A stretch of 64,000 bases of DNA from Candidatus Omnitrophota bacterium (lineage in GTDB: Bacteria; Omnitrophota; Gorgyraeia; Duberdicusellales; 4484-171): assembly GCA_024231025.1 (NCBI GenBank), contig JAAEQW010000120.1:66324-130323 (forward strand), in the 5' to 3' direction. Of this stretch, positions 10,209-20,248 are shown in pieces. The notes under the pieces are model-generated. The model was not told the origin of the DNA. It was given only the letters and a program-made list of their open reading frames with translations, and searched no databases. The translations under genes were made by a program, and so were the position numbers. Each line of letters begins with the position of its first letter. The first letter of the stretch is position 1.

Positions 10209-11155
10209 AGTTTGCCCTCTTGAAAATACATTTGTTCATAAAACCGGCTCATAATTAAATTCTCCTTAAAAGGTACTGGTGTTTTTATATTGCTATTGCG
10301 CTGAATCAACAACTCTATTTCGTTAACCCCTGCGGCTATGGTAAGAGCAATTGTCGTAGAATATCGTGGGTTTATTTCAAAGATGACTGGTATTCCTTTC
10401 TTAGTCAAAATTAGCTGCACATTAAATGGTCCACATGGTTGCAGTTTATCAACTATTTCCTGACAAATATCTTCTATTGCTTTGTTTTTTCTGGTAACAG
10501 CATGTATCGTTACGCCTCGCTTATAAATCACCTCTTTAGGAACAACCGCAATTGTCTTATTGTTGGTGTCAACGACAACGGATACCGTATACTCTGTGCC
10601 ATCTATTTTTTTCTGAAGCAATATTTGGCTTTCGCTTAATGATGACAGAACCTTATAAGCTGCAAGTTGGTTGTCATTTTCTATTACCGACACCCCTCTG
10701 GACCCCCTGCCAATACGCGGCTTAACTATGTAGGGATACTTTAAATCGCAACCGCTATCATCAGACAGAAATGTTTTTGGGCTGGGCAAATTATTATCTT
10801 TTAGTTTTTTTACTAATATCCACTTATCCAATGTTGATTCTGCAAAATCATAATTGGGAAGCAATACCAAGACATTTGAGCATTGCTCTTTTATCTGGTA
10901 AGATTTAATTATCTCTTCATCAACCAAAGGAATAAAAACATCTACGCTCTGGGCATCTATTATTTCTTTTACAACTTTAATAAAATTATCATCAGCTGCT
11001 GGTGGTAAAATGTATGCCTTGTCAGCAAATTTAAGACCTGCCGCCCATTTATCCATATCGCCTAAAATAATCCGATATTTGCCTGTTTTTTTAAGTTCTT
11101 TGGTGGCGGCTATCGTTCCTGATCCTCCGCCGCCGGTCATAAATATTGTCTTCAT
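10205..11155 (-). CDS. ATP-grasp domain protein (carboxylate-amine ligase)
   Basis: N-terminal pre-ATP-grasp Rossmann fold (IFMTGGGGSGTIAA), central lid and C-terminal E/N metal-binding region (IFEINPRYS). Typical of amino-acid/acyl appending enzymes in nonulosonate pathways. Confidence 0.6.
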   Translation of the reverse strand: MKTIFMTGGGGSGTIAATKELKKTGKYRIILGDMDKWAAGLKFADKAYILPPAADDNFIKVVKEIIDAQSVDVFIPLVDEEIIKSYQIKEQCSNVLVLLPNYDFAESTLDKWILVKKLKDNNLPSPKTFLSDDSGCDLKYPYIVKPRIGRGSRGVSVIENDNQLAAYKVLSSLSESQILLQKKIDGTEYTVSVVVDTNNKTIAVVPKEVIYKRGVTIHAVTRKNKAIEDICQEIVDKLQPCGPFNVQLILTKKGIPVIFEINPRYSTTIALTIAAGVNEIELLIQRNSNIKTPVPFKENLIMSRFYEQMYFQEGKL

Positions 11156-12099
11156 TTATTTACCTCTTTTAAGCTCATAATTTTTTCTACAATCCGCGAT
11201 GATCCGCGTCCATCTACGCACTTGCGCCCTATTTGACTGCGCTTTATGCGTTCTGACTGCGGTATCAACATCCTAAAGGCGGCTTCAATCTTTGCAAACA
11301 AATCATCATCACTAAACCAACCTGCATAATCTAAAAACCCTTCTCTTTGCCAACCTTCTAGGTTTTGAACTTGGTTATCCGCCAAGCAAACGCCTATTGT
11401 TGGCACGCCGCAGCGAGCAAGTTCATAGGTTGTTTGTCCACCGGCTGATATACATAAATCAACATCAAGCATAGCTTGCCTCATCTCAAGAGCAGTATAT
11501 CGTTTCGCTGCAGGCCTAACCGCGACACATTCACAACCAAACTTGTTCCTTATCAAATCCTCTAAGTCCGATAATAAATCCTGCTTATTGTGCCCACCGA
11601 GAGTAATCAACACCTTGCTGGGATTCGGATTAATCTGTTTCTGGGGTACATTCCAAAACTCTTCTCTTAAAATTATATAGTCTTTACCCAGAATATGTTC
11701 CACCTTATCACTAGAGCCATAATCTGACTCATCGCCACAAATTGACGGATTAATTACAGTACATTTAGGATAATCAATACACCGATAGTCATCGATAGCA
11801 AATGTTCTCTTGCCTAAAATTTGAGAACAAGAGCGATAAAACTCTGCATCAGCTATGTAAGAATCAATTACCACCGCATCAAAATCATTAACCTTTTTAA
11901 GAGTTTCCTTCCTATTATTCCACCAATCAAAACACCGATACTGCTGGCCCCACAACAAAGAATCACCCATTTCATTGGCATTAACAACGAGGTCAACACG
12001 AGCACTGTTTTTTTCAAACGCTCCCTTTAGAGCGAGACACCTGGTCAAATGACCAAAACCAGCTTCCCTACCAGCTTCAGATAAAATTAAAACTTTCAT
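11152..12099 (-). CDS. pseG: UDP-2,4-diacetamido-2,4,6-trideoxy-beta-L-altropyranose hydrolase-like (PseG family, GT-B fold)
   Basis: N-terminus GREAGFGHLTRCLAL (GxGHxxRC signature of PseG). 315 aa. Located with PseB/C/I/F homologues. Confidence 0.6.
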   Translation of the reverse strand: MKVLILSEAGREAGFGHLTRCLALKGAFEKNSARVDLVVNANEMGDSLLWGQQYRCFDWWNNRKETLKKVNDFDAVVIDSYIADAEFYRSCSQILGKRTFAIDDYRCIDYPKCTVINPSICGDESDYGSSDKVEHILGKDYIILREEFWNVPQKQINPNPSKVLITLGGHNKQDLLSDLEDLIRNKFGCECVAVRPAAKRYTALEMRQAMLDVDLCISAGGQTTYELARCGVPTIGVCLADNQVQNLEGWQREGFLDYAGWFSDDDLFAKIEAAFRMLIPQSERIKRSQIGRKCVDGRGSSRIVEKIMSLKEVNK

Positions 12100-12102
12100 A
12101 AG

Positions 12103-13419
12103 TTATGCCAATCTCTTAAAACCTGAATGACAAACCGGATATTTTAAATATTTCTCCGGGTCACCGCTTTTAATTGCTTCGGCTATTGTGCCAAAAGCCT
12201 GATCACAAGCTGCCAAATAAAGATTAATATCCTTATTTTTATGCGCATAAGAAACATAGAAGGCAGTAGTTGCTAACACCTGTTGACGTAGCATTTCCTG
12301 GATAAATAAGGTTTTTAAAATCAAACTATCTTCATATTCAAAAGAAAAGTGCCCTAAAGGATAAATACCAAAAACTCGTATTTTTAAATTATTTTTTTTA
12401 GCTAAATTGCGCCACCCTTTTTGAACTCGTTTACCAATTTTTTCTAAATGCGCTGGAACATTCTTTTCTTTAATCTTTCTTATTGTAGCAAGAGCCGCAG
12501 CTGGGCCGATGCGCTCGGTCCAATAGGTGCTGCTAACAAAGGTGCTCTGCAAACTATTCATAATTTTTTCTTTACCAATAATCGTCGCCATAGGAAAACC
12601 ATTACTAATTGCTTTAGCAAATACAGCAATATCCGGCTGCCAACCAAATAAAAGATGCGCCCCCCCACAGTTCAAACGCCAGCCTGAAGTTATCTCATCT
12701 AAAATAAAAACTGCTCCAATATCTTTGGTGGTTTTGCGAATTATCTTATAAAAATCCTTATCTGGAAAAACGTTTCTTACGGTTTCTAGCACTACAGCAG
12801 CAATCTTCCCTTTGTAGCGATCAACAAGTTCTAAAAGTTTCTCGCTATCATTGTATTTAAACGGGTGGCTTGTGCCCTCTAATGCTCTAGGAACACCAGC
12901 AGGATCTAGCCCTGGCAAAAGGTGACCATCTAAAGATTTATCGTTGCCTAAGTTGGCGGAAATATACCAATCATGCCAACCGTGATATCCACAAAATAAA
13001 ACGATATCTCGACCAGTTGAAGCTCGGGCAGTTCTTACCGCAATCGCCATCGCTTCTCCTCCCGTGCGAGCAAACCGAACCATTTGGGCCCATGGATGAA
13101 GTTCCAACAAAAGCTCGCTTAGCTCTACTTCCTCCGAAGCATTTAGGGTACTCATATTCCCATGATCAATAACAGCCTTAACTGTTTTGTTTATATCCGA
13201 ATCCGCGTAACCCAGAATGCAGGAACCGATTCCCATAAGACTACAATCAAGATACTCATTATCATCTAAGTCCCATATGCGGCAGCCCTTAGCTTTTTTA
13301 TAATATGCAGGCCAACCACCAGGCAAAAACATTTCCGGCCGTTTAGATAAAAGCTGGGTTCCACCGGGAATAATCTTTTTTGCCTGCCTGTATAAATTTT
13401 GACAACTATCTTTTTCCAT
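12103..13419 (-). CDS. class III (GSA-aminomutase-like) PLP-dependent aminotransferase
   Basis: ILDEITSGWRLN..., Schiff-base lysine region DIAVFAKAISNGFP, GYHGW motif. 438 aa. Confidence 0.7.
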   Translation of the reverse strand: MEKDSCQNLYRQAKKIIPGGTQLLSKRPEMFLPGGWPAYYKKAKGCRIWDLDDNEYLDCSLMGIGSCILGYADSDINKTVKAVIDHGNMSTLNASEEVELSELLLELHPWAQMVRFARTGGEAMAIAVRTARASTGRDIVLFCGYHGWHDWYISANLGNDKSLDGHLLPGLDPAGVPRALEGTSHPFKYNDSEKLLELVDRYKGKIAAVVLETVRNVFPDKDFYKIIRKTTKDIGAVFILDEITSGWRLNCGGAHLLFGWQPDIAVFAKAISNGFPMATIIGKEKIMNSLQSTFVSSTYWTERIGPAAALATIRKIKEKNVPAHLEKIGKRVQKGWRNLAKKNNLKIRVFGIYPLGHFSFEYEDSLILKTLFIQEMLRQQVLATTAFYVSYAHKNKDINLYLAACDQAFGTIAEAIKSGDPEKYLKYPVCHSGFKRLA

Positions 13420-13430
13420 AACTTTCCTTT

Positions 13431-14288
13431 TTATAAGGTAAACATTTCCTTAATCGTTTCCATAAATTCTTCCGGTTCGATCATTCGTTTCTGCTCATCA
13501 AGAATAACAAACTTTTTTCCTGAACGCACAACGCTAAACGTAGGCATTTCCGTAAGGTGCGCGCTGAGCTGTTCACACTCTTTAACACCAACATGCCTAT
13601 TTATTTTAGCCACTTGAGGATTATCATCCAACCACGTATATACAGTCCTTAACGAAAGTGGTGATCCTTTATCTAAGGCGCGATAGACCAAATCAATCAT
13701 CTCAATATCAGCTGGCTCATCAATTGTTAGCCGATACTCTGGCCGGCATAAATCGTGCTCTAGCAAAATATTTAGCATCTTAAATTGAGAAGGATTTTCC
13801 TTAATATGCAAGGTCACCGCTGGACCACGGTGATGTTTGTGAACCTCCTTTAGAGCTTCCAACGAAATTAATTCTGTCAATGTTCCTTGAATCATCGTCA
13901 TATTGCTAACACAACCAAAATCCCAATATTCCTTTTTAAAGGCTTCAACAAGACAAGATGTGCTCTCAATATCAAAAATCGGAGAATCACAAGTAACGCG
14001 AATAACCGCATCGGCTTTTTCTTGCTGACACAGCTGGATGTGCCGATCAACAACATCTTGTTCAGCACCAGAAAACCAACCGCACTCTAAACGTTTAGCT
14101 TCCTGGATTAAAGCTTCGTTCAATGGATCAGTTGAAGTTGCCAGGAACACTCCATTCAAGCCTTGCACCTGTTTCATTCTTTCTACATGCCGTTCAAAAA
14201 TTGATTTGTCTCCCAATTTTTTTAAAACTTTACCTGGGCATCGAGTCGATGCCATACGCGCAGTAATCACACCAATAACTCTTCTCAT
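13431..14288 (-). CDS. acylneuraminate cytidylyltransferase family (CMP-nonulosonate synthetase, PseF/SpsF-like)
   Basis: N-terminal VIGVITARMASTRCPGKVLKKLGDKSI (glycosyltransferase family A cytidylyltransferase P-loop-like motif). 285 aa. Confidence 0.65.
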   Translation of the reverse strand: MRRVIGVITARMASTRCPGKVLKKLGDKSIFERHVERMKQVQGLNGVFLATSTDPLNEALIQEAKRLECGWFSGAEQDVVDRHIQLCQQEKADAVIRVTCDSPIFDIESTSCLVEAFKKEYWDFGCVSNMTMIQGTLTELISLEALKEVHKHHRGPAVTLHIKENPSQFKMLNILLEHDLCRPEYRLTIDEPADIEMIDLVYRALDKGSPLSLRTVYTWLDDNPQVAKINRHVGVKECEQLSAHLTEMPTFSVVRSGKKFVILDEQKRMIEPEEFMETIKEMFTL

Positions 14289-14298
14289 ATGTTAGCTC

Positions 14299-15276
14299 CT
14301 ATACCTTTTCCCACTGACCGGTCTGAGCCGACCGACTAGCTGCTAATGCTAAGTCTAAAACACCCAATGAATCTTCTACTGAATTAAATGTCGCAACTTT
14401 TTCCTCAACTTTTTTCAAAAAATACTTCATTTCATCAACATACATTTGATTATAGTACAATGGTAAATCTAACGGTTCCCAAACCCAATCTTTCTTTTCT
14501 TTAGTAATCACACCAACTTGTTTGCTGGTAAAATCCCACCCTACTGTAGCTTTGTCACAAACAACTTTATATTTTCTTGCGTATCCATGCTGAAGATAAT
14601 CCATATGTATTCGAACAGATACACCCGAAACAAACTTTATTATCATCTCCACATAATCCTCAGTATCATTAACTACATCTGATAAAATATCCTTTGAACA
14701 TATGACTTTTTGCGCCAAACCAAACATCCATACCGCACAATCTAGTTCATGAATGTCGTCAAAAATTAAATTTCCTCCTAACCGACTGTTAGCTTGGTAA
14801 CTATTCTTATGATTCGTTTTTGCGAATGGTAGATAATATCCAAACTCTAAATCCGCACACAGCGGTTTACCCGTTTGCGGTTGCTGCAACATTTCAAAAA
14901 CACGGCCTACACCCGGATGAAACCGCATATTACACCCGACCATAGAGATTAAGCTGTTATCTTTGATAATAGAAACCAATCCGCTTATTCCATCCCTATG
15001 TAGCGCTATCGGTTTTTCAATAAACAAATGACACCCAGCAACCGCACAAGCAATGGCTGGTTTAATATGATCATTGCTAAATGTACAAATAACTGCCACC
15101 TGCGGCTTAACTGACAACGCCTCATCAAGCGAAACAAAAACATCACGCGCAATGCTAACAGCTGCCTTGAGATTATCCGGGTTAATATCCACTGCATACG
15201 CTTCATGACCCAATGCAATAGCATTTCGTAAATGCCTCATTCCAATAGAACCAACCCCAACAACAAGTATCTTCAT
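14299..15276 (-). CDS. Gfo/Idh/MocA family NAD(P)-dependent oxidoreductase
   Basis: N-terminal Rossmann KILVVGVGSIGMRHLRN, conserved EKP motif (HLFIEKPIA). Confidence 0.7.
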   Translation of the reverse strand: MKILVVGVGSIGMRHLRNAIALGHEAYAVDINPDNLKAAVSIARDVFVSLDEALSVKPQVAVICTFSNDHIKPAIACAVAGCHLFIEKPIALHRDGISGLVSIIKDNSLISMVGCNMRFHPGVGRVFEMLQQPQTGKPLCADLEFGYYLPFAKTNHKNSYQANSRLGGNLIFDDIHELDCAVWMFGLAQKVICSKDILSDVVNDTEDYVEMIIKFVSGVSVRIHMDYLQHGYARKYKVVCDKATVGWDFTSKQVGVITKEKKDWVWEPLDLPLYYNQMYVDEMKYFLKKVEEKVATFNSVEDSLGVLDLALAASRSAQTGQWEKV

Positions 15277-16763
15277 GCGTTTATCTTCTTTTCATCTTCT
15301 TGACGTTTTCTATAAAAATTCAACAAAAAATCCTTGTATAAAACTTTTTCCCAGGCAAATCCATACCACATAATACGATTGCGAATCTTGGCTAAAAAAA
15401 TAAAAAAGCTATTAGTAAATCGATCACTCCAATTACTAATCTGATGGTTTCCCAGTCGTGCTTCTGACTCCATATTAATATATAAAGCCGCAGCCTCAGA
15501 ATAGACACCATTAATCTGCCAAGGTCGAATATATTCCGCAGAAGTATACATATCCATATTCTTTTTATCTGCCCAATCACTTAAGTTAACCGGCTCAACC
15601 AACATACCATCTTCAATTAGCCTTACAGTAAGTTCACACTTAGGGTAAGGGCGAAATGTCCCTGCACCACAGGTAAATTTCTTATACCGGCGAAGACGAT
15701 TTATGAATTTCACCGTTTTTTTTATATCTTTCGCGGATTCTCCCGGTATCTCCAGGATAAAAGAGGCCCTTCCGATAATTCCATGTTGATCACATTTTTT
15801 AATTGCATTTTCAGCTTGTTGAAGCGTAATCCCTTTTTTCATAAGGTTTAACGTGTGTGTAGAGCCAGACTCAATGCCAACGGTTAGCTGAATAAGTCCT
15901 GCCTGCCTTGCTAGAGTCAAGGTTTGATCGTTTAGCATCTTCTCATTAAAATAATCACATCTGCACTCCGCATCCCAAGTTATATTTAATTTACGATCGA
16001 TGATCCCTTGGCATATCACACGTGCGCGCATAACATCTACAAAAAAATTATCATCAACAATTTTTACATGTGTAAGATCAAAACGTTTAACAATTTGTGC
16101 AATCTCATCAATAACTTTGTTAGCCTTTTTTTGCCTATAGTTCGTATTACCTGTGACAACATTAATGCAAAATGTGCATAATGATGGGCATCCCCGGCTG
16201 CTTTCATAAGGTAACCACCGCATCGGTTGGCTAGCAGACTGCGCCAACTTATCAGTTAGATAATTGCTTATAAACTTTTCAATATCGGAGTCTATGGCAT
16301 AGTCAACTAGCGGTAAACTATTTAAGTCGATTATTTTCTTGGGAAATACCGTTGTTGCTAATTTTCTTTTTCCAGCAATTGCATCAGCAACAATACCAAT
16401 ATGCTTCTCGCCCTCTCCCGTGATTACATAATCAACCATACCTGAGCCCATAACTTGATCGGGGAACAAAGTGCAATGCCACCCTCCAGCAACAATAGCA
16501 ACATCACTTTTAGATTTAATCATCTCTAGAATTTCATACGCATTAGGAACTTCCGCAGTCAACATGGTTATTCCCACAAAATCAACATCGTTAATTTGCT
16601 CCATGATCCGCTCTTTGTAGTCTTCGTAAAATGCACAGTTGATAATCTTTACCTGATATCCCTTTTGTTTTAATGCCGTAGCAACTGATATTAACCCAAG
16701 CGAGGGGTAGTTGTTGTAGTTGTAAGTATTTTTGGGACGAATTAATAAAACTTTACCGACCAT
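15273..16763 (-). CDS. B12-binding-domain radical SAM protein (candidate cobalamin-dependent C-methyltransferase/epimerase)
   Basis: N-terminal cobalamin-binding-like domain, radical SAM CxxxCxxC (SRGCPSLCTFC). 496 aa. Confidence 0.7.
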   Translation of the reverse strand: MVGKVLLIRPKNTYNYNNYPSLGLISVATALKQKGYQVKIINCAFYEDYKERIMEQINDVDFVGITMLTAEVPNAYEILEMIKSKSDVAIVAGGWHCTLFPDQVMGSGMVDYVITGEGEKHIGIVADAIAGKRKLATTVFPKKIIDLNSLPLVDYAIDSDIEKFISNYLTDKLAQSASQPMRWLPYESSRGCPSLCTFCINVVTGNTNYRQKKANKVIDEIAQIVKRFDLTHVKIVDDNFFVDVMRARVICQGIIDRKLNITWDAECRCDYFNEKMLNDQTLTLARQAGLIQLTVGIESGSTHTLNLMKKGITLQQAENAIKKCDQHGIIGRASFILEIPGESAKDIKKTVKFINRLRRYKKFTCGAGTFRPYPKCELTVRLIEDGMLVEPVNLSDWADKKNMDMYTSAEYIRPWQINGVYSEAAALYINMESEARLGNHQISNWSDRFTNSFFIFLAKIRNRIMWYGFAWEKVLYKDFLLNFYRKRQEDEKKINA

Positions 16764-17910
16764 ATAAGATTCCTTTCAACGTTTTGCACACATACGCTAC
16801 CTGCTTAGTAGACAGACTTGGATGTATTGGCAACGAAATAGCAGAATCGTAATACTTATTTGCTATCGGATAAGCATTTTTTTGATGCTTTAGCGCCTGA
16901 TAGTAAGGCTGTTGATATATTGGAATATAGTGAACCTGCACGCCGATACCTGCCGCACGCAGCTTTTGAAATACTTTTTTACGTTTGCTCAAGCTATTTA
17001 CCCTAATAGTATATAGATGCCACGCACTGCGGACGCGTGGGGACTGAACTGGTAAAATTAGCTCTTCGATATTTCTTAACTCTTTCTGGTAATAAGCCGC
17101 GATTGATTGCCTAATTTTCATAAAACGATCCAATCTTTTCATCTGATTAGCCCCCAAGGCGCATTGTATATCACTAATGCGATAGTTATACCCCAATTCC
17201 TGCATTTCATAATACCAATTTTCAGATTTTTTCCTCTTAAGCTTTGCCCCATCTTTAGTAATACCATGACTACGAAAAAGAAGTAACCGATCATAGAGCG
17301 TTTTACTGTTAGTAAGAATCGCTCCACCTTCTCCGGTAGTAATCGCTTTTAAAGGATGGAAACTAAACACCGTCATATCGCTATGTTTACCTGCCCCTAT
17401 CTTAATCCTCTTACCTTTATGAAGATAACTGGAACCCAGAGCATGTGCCGCATCTTCAATAACCGCAAGATTATGTTTTTTGGCCAGCCTATAGATATCT
17501 GCCATAGCACAAGGATGACCTGCAAAATGCACTGGAATTATCGCTTTAGTCCTTTTATTAATTCTCTTTTCTAGTTCCTTGGGATTAATATTGACTGTAT
17601 CTTCATAAACATCTGCAAAGACAGGCTTTCCGCCGCAATACAAAACACAGTTAGCTGACGCTACGAAAGTAATCGGAGAAGTAATAACTTCATTATTTTT
17701 TTTAATTCCTGCAGCAAGGCAAGCCAAGTGCAACGCAGCTGTTCCGCTAGATACAGCCACCGCGTATTTAGCTTTCGTGTAGACACATAGGGACTTTTCA
17801 AACTTTTGAACATTTGGCCCTTGAGTGAGCCACTCCGACTTTAAAGCTTTAACAACAGCTTTGATATCAGCTGAATTAATAGCTTGATGGCTATAAGGTA
17901 TAAACTTCAT
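16753..17910 (-). CDS. pseC: DegT/DnrJ/EryC1/StrS family sugar aminotransferase (PseC-like)
   Basis: N-terminus MKFIPYSHQAINSADIKAV, PLP lysine region SFHPLKAITTGEGG. Immediately downstream of the PseB homologue. Confidence 0.7.
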   Translation of the reverse strand: MKFIPYSHQAINSADIKAVVKALKSEWLTQGPNVQKFEKSLCVYTKAKYAVAVSSGTAALHLACLAAGIKKNNEVITSPITFVASANCVLYCGGKPVFADVYEDTVNINPKELEKRINKRTKAIIPVHFAGHPCAMADIYRLAKKHNLAVIEDAAHALGSSYLHKGKRIKIGAGKHSDMTVFSFHPLKAITTGEGGAILTNSKTLYDRLLLFRSHGITKDGAKLKRKKSENWYYEMQELGYNYRISDIQCALGANQMKRLDRFMKIRQSIAAYYQKELRNIEELILPVQSPRVRSAWHLYTIRVNSLSKRKKVFQKLRAAGIGVQVHYIPIYQQPYYQALKHQKNAYPIANKYYDSAISLPIHPSLSTKQVAYVCKTLKGILYGR

Positions 17911-17928
17911 AACTCCTTTAGCTTGCGC

Positions 17929-18975
17929 TTAAACAGGCGCTCCTTCTTTTAACCACCGCGATTTCTCAATAGAATAATCATTGCTGATGCGCCCAACAAT
18001 TTCGGCAAGGTCCTTAACTGACATCCAAACCGTATTGTTCTCTGAGGTGTATTCAAAATTCTCAAGACAATTTTTACCTTGATCCACAAAAGCTGACATT
18101 TCACCTTGATAGCTTTTGCAAGGATTAATGATATAGAACCTGTTGAACTCTAAGGTATTTCGAGAATCGTCTTCTCCGATTAAAACTTCATGTATTTTCT
18201 CTCCCGGTCTTATTCCTATGATCTCATGCTTGCAATCCGGACCAATCGCCTTAGCCAGGTCGGTTATCCGCATCGAAGGTATTTTAGGAACAAAGGTTTC
18301 TCCGCCTTCCATGTGACTTAAGGTAAATAGCACAAAATGCGCAGCCTGATCTAAAGTAATCCAAAACCTTGTCATTCTAGAATCAGTAACAGGTAACACT
18401 CCGGTTTTTTTCCACTCTTTAAAAAATGGTATTACCGAACCACGGCTACCTAAAACATTACCGTACCTCACAACACAAAACTTTGTATCATGAAATCCAC
18501 TATACACACGGGCAGCGGAAAACAACTTGTCAGAACAAAGTTTGGTTGCCCCATATAAATTAACCGGATTACAAGCCTTGTCAGTTGACAAAGCTACAAC
18601 TTTTTTTACTTTATTGGCAATAGCTGCATCAATAACATTCATCGCTCCTAAGATATTTGTCTTGATGCATTCACATGGATTGTACTCAGCAGCAGGAACC
18701 TGCTTTAAAGCAGCAGCGTGGATAACACAATCTACACCACCAAAAGCACGCATCAAGCGCTCTTTATCGCGTACATCTCCTAGAAAATAACGAATAAAAG
18801 GGTATTTTTTTTCACTCCACTTTTGCGCCATCTCAAACTGCTTTAACTCATCACGACTGAAGACTATTAACTTCTCCGGTTTATACTCTTGAACTATAAT
18901 CTGTACCAATTTCTTGCCCAAAGATCCTGTGCCACCGGTAATTAAAACAACTTTTCCGTTTATAAGATTTTTCAT
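17929..18975 (-). CDS. pseB: UDP-N-acetylglucosamine 4,6-dehydratase (inverting), PseB/FlaA1/CapD-like
   Basis: KVVLITGGTGSLGKKLV, catalytic region YGATKLCSDKLF (YxxxK), about 340 aa typical of PseB. Confidence 0.75.
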   Translation of the reverse strand: MKNLINGKVVLITGGTGSLGKKLVQIIVQEYKPEKLIVFSRDELKQFEMAQKWSEKKYPFIRYFLGDVRDKERLMRAFGGVDCVIHAAALKQVPAAEYNPCECIKTNILGAMNVIDAAIANKVKKVVALSTDKACNPVNLYGATKLCSDKLFSAARVYSGFHDTKFCVVRYGNVLGSRGSVIPFFKEWKKTGVLPVTDSRMTRFWITLDQAAHFVLFTLSHMEGGETFVPKIPSMRITDLAKAIGPDCKHEIIGIRPGEKIHEVLIGEDDSRNTLEFNRFYIINPCKSYQGEMSAFVDQGKNCLENFEYTSENNTVWMSVKDLAEIVGRISNDYSIEKSRWLKEGAPV

Positions 18976-20229
18976 TTACTTCTCCATTTTTTTAACCATT
19001 TTTGTAGTATCTATTTTCAAAGCCCGAGAATCCCAACATTTTTTCCCATCGATGAAAGACTTGTGAGGCGATAAAAACATATACCTACCGTCAAAGGCTC
19101 CATCATAAAAAATAGCTGCTGCATCCTTAATTGTTCCTGCTATATTTAAATATGTTTGTTTTAATGTTTTTGTATCTAAAATAACTATCGTATCTGGATC
19201 CTCCCTATTCTGATCATCTTTATTATTCATGTACGGAAAAAACCAAACGCTTTCCCCAACCCGCTCACAATTCACCATTCCTCCAATTGAGCTATTTTCC
19301 GTATTAGCATCCAATATCACCACTCCATTAATAGTTGGTTTATCAATATCAATAATAGCAATATTACCGTGGAACTTCTCATCATCGCTATAATGAGGCG
19401 AAAAAATAACTTTCCCGTCGCAATAGCAGACGCCGTGATAACCTTTCGCCTTAGGATTAATCAAAGATAGGTCTATAATAGTTGTGCCGTTAATCGTAAA
19501 ATCGCTGCTATTTATCCTCACCACTTTGCCTATTCTGGTTTTTCCATTCCAGCTGGGCGCAGCCCAAATAAACCCATTAGAATCGACACACAAGCCGTTA
19601 TACCCTGTTGCTTCGCTGTCAATGCTACTAACATCAATAATATCCACGCTTTCCGATGAAAAATCATTTGCCTTAACTCTTAAAAATAAACCATGCTTCA
19701 TTGGCGACACATAAACATATTCTTTATAAAAAAGAACATTGGTGCTAAATCCTTCTTCCGGCAAAGACAACTTTATCGTTTCAATTTCAGATAAATGAAA
19801 TATGTTCTCGTTAACAACAACTTTGACTAAAATACTTTCATCTCTAGTAACCATATATACATTACCGCTATCATCGCTATCTATCCCTACAAAAGAATTA
19901 AGTTTCGGATTAATCTTGGTTAAGTCTAAAACTTGAACGACTCCGGTAATAATATTCTGCCTTGCTAGCAGTCCACTTTTCTTTACCTCTTGCGAAGAAA
20001 GCAAACAAACATCTTTGGTATCCCAATTAATAAAAGGTGCATAATAAACCCATCCATTGGAAATTATATTTTCGCAATAAGAACCAGGCAACTGCGCTAT
20101 GTCAACTAAATCCTTGTTTAAAGCATAAAATTTATTAGCAGAAGTCGCACAACCAAAGCTAGCCACTATCACAGATAAGCCAATAAAGAATCTACCAGCA
20201 CATTTATTACTAAAAAAAATACTACTCAC
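18976..20229 (-). CDS. secreted/lipoprotein-like hypothetical protein with repeated beta-propeller-like blades
   Basis: N-terminal signal peptide (FFIGLSVIVASFGCATSA). At least six degenerate repeats of pattern G(Y/F)xG(V/L)C.D..G.(I/V)(Y/W) spaced about 45-55 aa. Confidence 0.4.
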   Translation of the reverse strand: MSSIFFSNKCAGRFFIGLSVIVASFGCATSANKFYALNKDLVDIAQLPGSYCENIISNGWVYYAPFINWDTKDVCLLSSQEVKKSGLLARQNIITGVVQVLDLTKINPKLNSFVGIDSDDSGNVYMVTRDESILVKVVVNENIFHLSEIETIKLSLPEEGFSTNVLFYKEYVYVSPMKHGLFLRVKANDFSSESVDIIDVSSIDSEATGYNGLCVDSNGFIWAAPSWNGKTRIGKVVRINSSDFTINGTTIIDLSLINPKAKGYHGVCYCDGKVIFSPHYSDDEKFHGNIAIIDIDKPTINGVVILDANTENSSIGGMVNCERVGESVWFFPYMNNKDDQNREDPDTIVILDTKTLKQTYLNIAGTIKDAAAIFYDGAFDGRYMFLSPHKSFIDGKKCWDSRALKIDTTKMVKKMEK

Positions 20230-20248
20230 TACCCACCCTTTTTAATTT

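Noticed and set aside
15006-15224. Minus-strand 72-aa ORF nested out of frame inside the Gfo/Idh/MocA gene; likewise 15392..15580, 17139..17327, 22974..23258 and 26499..26684 nested in their host genes
   Set aside because: Alternative frames of confidently identified genes. Basic or hydrophobic junk composition.
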